Shown here: piece after piece, positions 53,410 to 64,000 of the stretch | Position numbering within the stretch: position 1 is the stretch's first letter | How the letters are laid out: every line of letters begins with the position of its first letter | Assembly: GCA_951406725.2 (NCBI GenBank) | Contig: OX597832.1 | Coordinates: 5,952,001-6,016,000, forward strand | DNA length: 64,000 nucleotides | Origin: Octopus vulgaris | Lineage: Eukaryota | Direction of reading: 5' to 3' | The notes under the pieces: model-generated | What the model was told of the DNA's origin: nothing | The model's input: the letters and a program-made list of their open reading frames with translations, nothing else | The model's database searches: none | Program-made: the position numbers and the translations under genes

Positions 53410-53412
<3 letters not shown>
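53011..53412. mobile_element. Foldback HHR element, family H2
   Basis: Arms ~53011-53169 and 53185-~53345 are near-perfect inverted copies, with a 15-nt spacer, a ~65-bp one-sided extension and (TA)n on both sides. Confidence 0.92.
53183..53228 (+). ncRNA. Type I hammerhead ribozyme motif (mirror copy on - strand at ~53127-53170)
   Basis: CCAC-CUGAUGA-A-UGUC(CAUUGAAGU)GACA-A-GAAA-CGAUCG-UA-GUGG. Helix I CCAC/GUGG, palindromic helix III ACGAUCGU, predicted cleavage after A53224. Confidence 0.85.
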
Positions 53413-53451
<39 letters not shown>

Positions 53452-53455
<4 letters not shown>

Positions 53456-53900
53456 GAATTCACAAAGAAAATAATAAAAGACGAAGACAGGTGCTACAGA
53501 CAACAAAAGCTCGGGAAGTGAAAAAGTCTTTAACGTTTCGAGCCTACGCTCTTCCACAGAAAGGAACACAGAAAAAAAAACAAGGAGAGAAAATAAAGAA
53601 TATGTAGTGGCTAGCGATCTATCATGGCGAATGACCTGAGTGTCATTGCCGAGTCGGATGTTTCGGAGGTGTTCCGCGAACCAGGCAGCCAAGCGGCGTC
53701 CCGTTTGCCGGATGTTTATAGAAGGGCAGAGAGATCAGGAGATGCAGTAGATGACATTGGTAGAAGTGCAGGTGAAGGAGTCGGTGATGTGATAGGGTCG
53801 ATGGTGGATGCCGGTGAGGAGGGTGGTGTTGTAGAGGTAAGGGCAAGTGCGGCAGCGTGGGCAGGGGAAGGGGAAGGACGACTGGCTTCTTTCAGTTTCC
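53452..53900 (-). mobile_element. Penelope-like remnant: GIY-YIG endonuclease fragment plus 3' terminus
   Basis: FTCTSTNVIYCIS*SLCPSINIRQTGRRLAAWFAEHLRNIRLGND, followed by a terminal segment with an HHR-like motif at 53528-53563 and (TA)n. Confidence 0.88.
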
Positions 53901-54811
53901 TAGAAATAGTTGACAAATTTCCATGAAATTATAGTCTAACGCCTAAAAATAGGAAGGACATATCGTACAATGTGGTTCCAGACATTAAACAAGATGGGGT
54001 GATCACGGCTCGAAAGCCTTAGATCATAAGTTTTCCCGGTGGCTCTATCCTCAGCTGAACAAGAACACATACATGTATATGCGCGCGTTTCACTTTGTAT
54101 GTATGTATGCGTGGTAGTGGGGAGGATTCGCGCACGAGTGGAAAGTTGATGTCGACTATCTTTATAAAGTACCGAATAGATCGTTGTGGGCCAGCATAAC
54201 TAGATAAACACGAATAAAAATGTTTGTGCATTTGTGCTTTCATAACTCATGCTGCAGTACACTATGACAATAGCGGTCAGGTCGTTAACCTCGTAACATT
54301 ATTCAAGTGAGTTACGTCAGTCACAAAGTTTGTTTACAAATGTAAATGTGTTACATCCGTCTAAAGTTTGTTTACCTTGTAAAAAGTAATCTTCATCTGC
54401 TATCATTAACAGTTTCGGTGATATGAGTGAACAATGAAACTAGTTGTTTCTATACTTTTACAAGGCTAGCGAAAAATCTTTGGTAGACCATGTTTCTAAA
54501 TACGACATACTATTAAATGTCTGCGATGCGAGTCAAGATATTTACTTATTTATTCATAACCCACTCTAGTTTTCTATTTAAGATACACATACACATACGC
54601 ATAAATATATACTAGCTACCAACTCTAGTTCTCTAGTTCAGTTATACACATGCACACGCATATATACGAGGTGAGTAGCCCGTTGTTGCGGGGCAATTTT
54701 CTGATCATGTCTTCCTCGTCGGATAGGCCACTTGATCAGGATAGATGTTGTTTGGGGCAATTTATGATGTTGCGATAAACGAAGTCTTTTGTTTTCCTAT
54801 TTGGTACATAG

Positions 54812-55224
54812 ATACTCTTTACTCTCTTTTACTCTTTTGCTTGTTTCAATCATTTGACTGCGGCCATGCTGGAGCACCGCCTTTAATCGAGCAACTCGAC
54901 CCCGGGACTTATTCTTTGTAAGCCCAGTACTTATTCTATCGGTCTCTTTTGCCGAACCGCTAAGTAACGGGGACATAAACACACCAGCATCGGTTGTCAA
55001 GCAATGCTAGGGGGACAAACACAGACACACAAACACACACACACATGTATATATACATATATACAACGGGGGCTTCTTTCAGTTTCTGTCTACCAAATCC
55101 ACTCACAATGCTTTGGTCGGCCCGAGGCTATAGTAGAAGACACTTGCCCGAGGTTCCATGCAGTGGGACTGAACCCGGAACCATGTGGTTGGTAAACAAG
55201 CTACTTACCACACAGCCACTCCTG
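54812..55224 (-). mobile_element. SINE family A, full length
   Basis: Reverse complement homologue of 490-940. Confidence 0.9.
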
Positions 55225-55739
55225 TAAAGATTCTTTTTCTACTTCCTACTCTTGAACTCCTAACGTAAAACTATCCATGGGTAAAGTAGGGCTTTTCATG
55301 GTGTAAACTGGTAACCGAAAATGTTCACCTTTGCGATTTGTTGATGGTCGTGGCAAAGCTAAAGCTCACTGGAGATTGAAATCGTTTGAAATAAAACGGG
55401 ATATCGTTTCCTGAGTTCGTGTGAAGGAAGCTCTTGTGCACTCATCACCTAATCGATGCATCCCATGCTGGGTGTCTCCTGAAACCGTGCGACAGAGACT
55501 GGTGCTCGAATATCAAGTCTATTCCCTCTCTGTTCGGGTGTCTCCTGAGCTTGCTGCTAACGCTTTGAGCGAGTTTTTCGACTCAGTCGCCCAAATGAAA
55601 TTTCTTGCATACGTAAGCACGCATGCGCGCGCGTACGCACACACACACATACACACATACATACATACATACATACATACATACATACATACATACATAC
55701 ATACATACATACATACACATATTCAACGTGAGAAATATA

Positions 55740-56280
55740 CATATACAGAGAAAGCGTGAGGGAAAATATGGTTAATATATATAGAGAGGCGAAAAGTTTA
55801 CAGTAGTGAAAGCATAAAAGACAGAGAGACAGATAAACATATGAACTGACAGAGAGGGGTTCATCGAGATACGCACTCGGTTCCTGTAACTGCTTTGCAT
55901 TACATATCATATCAAGAGATAAGTGGGTATGCATGCCTGATACACACACACATGCACACATACACACACACACGCACACACACAGTGAAAGAGAGAGAGA
56001 GAGAATGATAAATATATGCAGAGAGGAGGTAAGTTTACAGTGAGAAAAGCGTAAAAGACAGACAGACAGACGAGACGGACAGATAGAGAGAGGTTCATAG
56101 ACGGACGCGCTCGACTCGTGTGACTGATTTGCATTAGAGGGCATATTAAGAGAGACAGTGGGAGCAGCATTTGTGAGAGACATACATATTTAGAGACAGA
56201 GAGTGAGAGAGTCTATGGTCAATATATAAAGAGAGGGTGACGGCACAAAAGACAGAGACAACACAGATAGACAGACAGTT
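55740..56280 (+). repeat. Diverged ~235-bp tandem repeat (~2.5 units)
   Basis: aatatata..gagagg..aagtttacag..aaagc.taaaagacaga...ggttcat...tttgcatta...aagaga recurs at ~55775 and ~56010, and partly at ~56220. Confidence 0.7.
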
Positions 56281-56291
56281 TGAAGATCACA

Positions 56292-56330
<39 letters not shown>

Positions 56331-56644
56331 ACACAGGGGATCATGAAATCATAACTTTTAAGATGGCGACTTCTAAAGACATTCGATGTTGGCGATCTGT
56401 AAGTTGAGTTTTTTCTCGTAGTAAATTATATTTTTTGATAACTAATAACCAGAAACCTTTTCCTTGAGACGCTAATTTCGAAAATCAAATCCGTTTTCCT
56501 CTCGGGTATAACGTTTCGAAGCCTTTCGGTGATACACACCATAAACTCTCACTTACATAGGTGTATACACACACACGCGCATATATGTGTGTGTGTGTGT
56601 GTGTGTATATGTATGTGAAGGCGCATGGCTCAGTCGTTAGAGCT

Positions 56645-57500
56645 GGACCGTGCCTCTGATCTTTCTCCGCGTGCCTGCCCCACCCTTATTCATCTCCCGT
56701 TCCCCTTCCCTACCACCCCTCCACCCTGTCCCTCCAACGCACCATTCTCCGAGCCTTCCGGCGACTCCAGTCAGACGCCTCCACCTCGCACATCTTCCCT
56801 AACCTACACCTTTCCTCTTTCAAACGAGCCAATAACCTGCCACCTAGTCCACAGTTTCTGCCCTACCCTCACCTCCCAGCCTGGCTCCTCCCACTATACC
56901 CGCTCACGGTATCGCACCCGTTCCTACTCTCCAACACAACCATCCTCACAGGCACCACGTCACCGACTCCTTTACCTACACCTCGAGTAATGTCATTTGC
57001 TGCATCTGCTGCTCTCTCTGTCCTGGGAGGCCGATTGGCTGACCGGTTCGCGGAGCACCTCCAGGACATTAGACTCGGTAATGACAACTCAGTTTCGCGC
57101 CATTTCCGATCTACCGCTCATTCGCTACAACATCTGTTTGTGTTCGGACTGTCTCTACACAGGGGCCACCTGGACTCCCGCCTTCGCTGTGAACAGAAAT
57201 TAATCTTCTCTCTTCGTTCCTTTGTTGCATATGGGCTCAACTCATCTACTCTCTTCATCTGACACCAAACTCATCTCTCTTCACTTAACGCCAATCCCAC
57301 AGGGATTCTCACTCACCTCTCACACCCTCTACCTACATACCGGCATACCCCCTCGGTACCCTCACCCACACTCACCACTATACACACACCGATGCACACT
57401 GTTCAACTCATCACTCACTTCACTCACCATTTCACACCCACCCACAACACCTTCCCACTCCAAACACACTTCTCAGCACCCACACAATCCACCATGATCC
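56645..57500 (+). mobile_element. Penelope-like remnant (GIY-YIG domain to stop, CA-rich 3' UTR)
   Basis: SNVICCICCSLCP..GRLADRFAEHLQDIRLGND..VSRHF...H....L.V.GL......SRLRCEQKLIF.L.....GLN. Same family as 53452-53900. Confidence 0.88.
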
Positions 57501-57526
57501 ACACACAAACACACACAATCTTCAAT

Positions 57527-57738
57527 ACCTATTTCTTTATTACCCACAACAAGGACAGACATAGGTATTAAGTCGATTACATCGACCCCAATGAGTAACT
57601 GGTACTTAATTTATCGACCCCGAAAGGATGAAAGGCAAAGTCGACCTTGGCGGAATTTGAACTCAGAACGTAACGACAGACGAAATACGGCTACGCATTT
57701 CGCCCGGCGTGCTAACGTTTCTGCCAGCTCGCCGCCTT
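57527..57738 (-). mobile_element. SINE family B, alternative-tail subtype
   Basis: Near-identical to 32140-32372 over the head and core. Confidence 0.88.
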
Positions 57739-58042
57739 CAATACCGTCACCACACATACCGCTATATGAGTATCCACACACACTGTTTAACCCAGTACAC
57801 ACATCACACACTATCATGTACACTCCTACACCCACACAAGCACACAATACCTCTACACACACAGTATATACTCCCACATCCACGTAAGCACACAATATCT
57901 GAATACACACAATATATACACATACACACATACACACAACACGCATAAACATACGCAACACACATAGACAAAGATAATTTTCGCTCACACACATGCACTA
58001 TACACATGCACACTATTTGGTCACAGTGGTACAGATATAGAT

Positions 58043-58131
<89 letters not shown>

Positions 58132-58280
58132 CGACGGACTTTTTTCAGAAATCCACTCACAAAGCTTTGCTCAGTCCAAGGCTATAGTAGAAGACAGTTG
58201 CTAAAGGTGTCACACAGAGGAACTGAACACAGAACCATGCGGTTGGAAAGCAGGCTTCTTAGCACACCGTCACGCCTGCG

Positions 58281-58330
<50 letters not shown>

Positions 58331-58332
<2 letters not shown>

Positions 58333-58566
58333 GGAGTAAACACATAAATGTGAAACAAGGTGGAAAAAAGAGTACTCAAATACCAGTGGTAGAGTAATAT
58401 GCTTTATTTTAAGCAGCAGAAAATTCAACAAAATCTGTTACTCTGAGTTTCTCGTTGCCGTTCAACAGACAGTTTTTGCTAGAATCTAGCAAAAACTGTC
58501 TGATGAACGGTAACGAGAAACGAGTAACAGATTTTGTTGAATTTTCTGCTGCTTAAAATAAAAGTA
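58331..58566. mobile_element. Foldback HHR element, family H1, copy 2
   Basis: Starts with the same ccggagtaaacac as 49772. Arms 58403-58483 and 58485-58563 surround a 1-nt centre. HHR motif on + at 58496-58530, (TA)n flanks. Confidence 0.9.
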
Positions 58567-60213
58567 TATATATATATATATATACTGTTGTATTTCGAGT
58601 CATTTTTTTTTTTTTGGCCAAATAAATACACGCACTTTGTTCACTAGCGTCATTACACATACCACTATATAATAGTGCCTGTGTTTATTTGGCAAAAAAA
58701 TAATAAATAAATAAATAAAATGACCGTCCTGAAATACAACATCTGTTTCAACACACGATTTAATATCAGGAATCTTCTCGGAATTCATCATAATCATCAA
58801 TGTTTCTAGACCGTCAGTCTTAACTTCGAGATTTCCGATGTGTAACAACTTCATTGTTATGACAGGTAAATATTTTAATGTTTAGTCCTCTGGGTCAGAA
58901 TTTGAAGTTTGATCGTTAGGTTTACACGTCATAAACCTAACATGGGTGAATATATTCTTAAGGTCAACTTTTACTTATTTGCGAGTACTTCTGGCTTCAT
59001 CACTAGTTCAGTTCTCAACAAATTGAATGCATTTTTTTTAGCAATGATGGTCCAAACCTATGCCACATTCATTTTTTTTTTTTAGCAATGATAGTCCAGT
59101 TCTAAGCTACATTTTGAGATAAATTAAATGAAATTCGGTTCATCCCCAAAAAATGTTAACTCAAAATATGAGGACAAAAATGGAAGAGTAAGGCGAAAAA
59201 TTGACTTTTTTTAAAATATCTCAGTTATTTTAAAAGAAAAGTATAAATTAAATAGATTTAAAAGAATGTGCTCATTGAAAAATAATTTTTTGGTGAAAAC
59301 CTCGTTAAAAAGTATTTGCTACAAAAAAAGTAGTGTGGCTTTAAGTGACAAAAAACATGGTAATTAACCTAAACATTGATTTTGAATCAAAATATCTCAG
59401 CTAACACTGTTTATGATAGTATCATCATCAATTTATGAAGGTAAATATTAATTATAGTAATAGAAGAGTTGCCTGTATAAAAAAGGTGAACTAGAATGAA
59501 GAATGCGGGCGCAGAATCCTAGAATTAACTTCTTTGAAAAAGACAACCGTTTGACTTACAATTACAAGAGTGAAGATTGTGGATCAGATCTTTATGAGTT
59601 TTCAATAACAGCATCTAAGATAGTAAATAATTTTTCAAACTAGTAATTTCAGTAGATATGAGTGGAAAACAGGATCGAAAATCTTTCCATAATCAAGCGA
59701 TATTGTATCAACATTTCTGTAATGTTTTCTTATTTCAGTCATACAGCTTTATCGATCAAAATTCGATCGGCACAGCCTCACACCCTCTTCTTTCTGCTGC
59801 CTGCTCATCATTCCCCAAATTTGTCGTAACGCGAAATTACTATTCCCATTGATTTTCATATTCTAAAATGATAATGTATTCCGAGGAGGTTTTCTGTTAT
59901 TCTTTTTTCGGAAGGAACAGCAAACAAACATATATACAAGCAGCATAATAACTTTTATAAATGAAAATATTTTATAAACATACACAGTGCAATATGTACA
60001 CCAATCCTCATTGACGTAAGATCAAAGACATTTCATTCAACATTTTAAATACTCTGGAGTATCACATTTATCGGTGTGATTGTACATTGTTTTAGATGGG
60101 TGTTGCTTACCTTCTTCGTACTATAGTTGCTGTTGCTGGTGGCCATTGTATTGGTTTTGGAGTTGATGATAAGTATTGGTGATGGTGAAGGTTGATTCAT
60201 GTGTGTGCGCGTG

Positions 60214-60249
<36 letters not shown>

Positions 60250-60328
60250 CAAGAAGAAAGAGAAAGAGTGAGAGAAAGAGAAAGAGAAAGAGAAAGAGAG
60301 AAACGAAGTAAGATAGACAAATAGACAG

Positions 60329-61532
<1,204 letters not shown>

Positions 61533-61889
61533 TCCTTTCATTCTATCACCGAGGCTAAAATAAATTGAGATCTTCCTGAAAAGCGACTCTTTTCACTAAG
61601 ATATTTTTGCCATCATTCTATATACAATTTCTGAAGTAGAAGTAAAGTTGTGGTTAAAGGTGGCTTGTTTTAATACTTTCTTAACTTTAAAGTTAATTTT
61701 CCCTCATGATTTTGGTGTTGAATCTCCATACATTTTTGTTATTTTCTTCCATGAGATGTAGTTGGTTTGTGATGGACTTTCTTTTCACTTTCAATTTTAA
61801 GGATAATATTTTAATGTCCGATTCTGCGGCACATGTTGTTTATTTCTTCTAGTTTCGTTATAGATCTTGGTTACTTCTGTTATTTCACT

Positions 61890-62410
61890 ACTTCGTACGT
61901 AGCACATGACTTCAGAGAGACCTGAATCCGATCGAGAACTTGTGAAATTATGTTTCCAAAAAGTCCATGCCAAAAAACCATCTAATCTAAACCTATTATT
62001 CGATTATAGCAATGAAATATGGCAAAACATTCCCATAGAATTTAGTAATCACTTAGCGAATTCAATGCCGAGGCTTTGTTCAGCCGTTATTAAGAATAAA
62101 GGCTACGGCACAAAGTACTAATATGTATTTCGTTCTTGTTGCTCATTTTTGCTACAATCTTAAGCTTTAAATAAAATTATAATGATACGGTCTTAAACTA
62201 ATTTTACCAGTAAATTTGAAACGTTTATATTAATTTAGCATTAGAATTCTTCAAGTTGTATAAAAATAATTATTGTCTGCATCATTCGAAAGAGAAATAA
62301 ATTCTGCATAATTTGTAACAGATAAAAATAATTTGTATGATGTTAGTAACAAAATATTTTGCAAGAAATAGAACGTTTATCATCGGTCTTAAATTTATTT
62401 GTTGCCAGTG
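61890..62410 (+). mobile_element. Tc1-family 3' remnant
   Basis: DLNPIENL...EIWQNIP......LANSMPR.CSAVIKNKGYGTKY*. It ends in cagtg. Confidence 0.85.
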
Positions 62411-62760
62411 CATGTGGGTAGGTATGTATATATATTTATAAAAAAAAAACAAGTATCATTGCTTATAACGACTGCAGCAGAATTTCTGTTACACGAGAAA
62501 ATGTTCTCCTATTCTCTCACCCAGTTCCTGTTAAGTATGTAAAGAATACTAGCAGTTACTGCGTGTCAGTAACAAACATTTAATGAATAAATGTCAGCTG
62601 AAAATGTACACATAAATACAAGTCAAGTTATACTATTAGATATGCACTGGCGTGTGTTCTTGTTCTCATATCGTGTCTGCTCACATATAAATTTGTGCCA
62701 GTACACAGATACTTGAGCTTATAACTGTACATATGCACCCTTGCGTACTTATGAAGATAT

Positions 62761-62801
<41 letters not shown>

Positions 62802-62827
62802 CATACATACATACATACATACATACA

Positions 62828-62858
<31 letters not shown>

Positions 62859-63041
62859 TTATGATATTTATGTATATGTATATGAATCGCTGATGAAATC
62901 ACCCAAAAATGAACGATATTATCGTTAAAGTTGTGAACTTGTAAAGATTTTTAGGACGATAACTGATGAGGATAGGGCATGTCCATGTCTTGTGCGTGAA
63001 TTTCCCGTTCGCTTATTTCCACTTGTGTTTAATTTTTGAAT

Positions 63042-63083
<42 letters not shown>

Positions 63084-63089
63084 TTATAT

Positions 63090-63634
63090 ATCACCTCTCC
63101 CACTACCCAACATCACCGCACCACACACCACCACACCACAACACACCACCACACACCAACACCACCATACCACACCACATCACACCACCCCGCACGTACT
63201 ACCATTGACTACCTCCCAGCACCCACACCAACGCACACACTAACACTGACCACTTCCCAGCACCTACACCATCATCCATACACCTACATATGCACACACA
63301 CACACGTCAATATCACCAGCCCCCTTCCACACGCACATACACGCTCTCACATACACACGCACGCGCACCTTCGTTTTGGGATCACCACTACTTTATTATC
63401 TCCCCTTCTTCCTTGCTCTCCTGTGTGACCCCTTCTGTCTGGTGCTCGCCATGATAGATCGCTAGCCACTAAACCTTTTTCTATTTTCTCTCCCTGTTTA
63501 ATTCTGTGTTTCTTTCTGTCGAAGAGCGTAGGTTCGAAGCGTAGACTTTCTCACTTCCCGAGCGTTAAATTAATACATCTCTTTGTTGTTTACACACCCG
63601 TCTTCGTCTTTTGTTTTTTTGTTTTGTTTTTGTA

Positions 63635-63640
<6 letters not shown>
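63090..63640 (+). mobile_element. Penelope-like 3' UTR/terminus
   Basis: 63445-63640 is homologous to the reverse complement of 53452-53630 (cgccatgatagatcgctagccacta...gtcttcgtctttt). A degenerate HHR lies at 63512-63546. Confidence 0.8.
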
Positions 63641-63716
<76 letters not shown>

Positions 63717-64000
63717 GAATTAGACTACACAAATTGGGTACTCACATACATACACACACACATATATGTATGCATGTATGTGTGTATGTCTGTCTATATA
63801 CATACACATATGTATACACATACACATACATACATGTATACATACATTCATACATACATACATACATACATACATACATACATACATACATTCATTCATA
63901 CATACATACATATATATGTTTATATATATGTGTGTGTGTATGTGTGTGTGTGCGTGTGTGTGTGTATAAAGATATTAATTCTTGTTGCCTAAATGCCTAA

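Noticed and set aside
55300-55610. Possible LINE ORF1 fragment (similar case at 25690-26040)
   Set aside because: The similarity is too weak to assign by eye.
62960-63040. CTGATGA-GGATA(GGGCA)TGTCC hairpin next to (TA)n
   Set aside because: No GAAA or helix III follows, so it cannot be called a ribozyme.

Overview
AT-rich, microsatellite-dense eukaryotic DNA. The repeat repertoire points to an octopus (coleoid cephalopod) genome; this is inferred from recognised repeat families, not from a database search. I see no intact host gene, and most listed ORFs are microsatellite translation artefacts. The window is a mosaic of three tRNA-derived SINE families, LINE remnants (R4/Dong-type RLE, RTE/BovB, CR1/L2-like, L1/Tx1), Penelope-like element (PLE) remnants, mariner and Tc1 transposons (one mariner is a single frameshift from intact) and non-autonomous Helitrons. 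The most striking structure is a set of short foldback (palindromic) insertions in (TA)n tracts at about 49.8, 53.0 and 58.3 kb. Their arms carry type I hammerhead-ribozyme (HHR) motifs, and they fold at or just 5' of the ribozyme. Further HHR-like motifs, several with non-canonical cores, sit at PLE 3' ends (33.3, 53.5, 63.5 kb). Other leads are a decayed cadherin-like coding region (22.8-24.3 kb), a candidate recursive splice site (17.9 kb), two candidate small exons, and a recent inverted duplication spanning about 1.2 kb (60.3-61.5 kb). Boundaries of degraded elements are approximate, read by eye.
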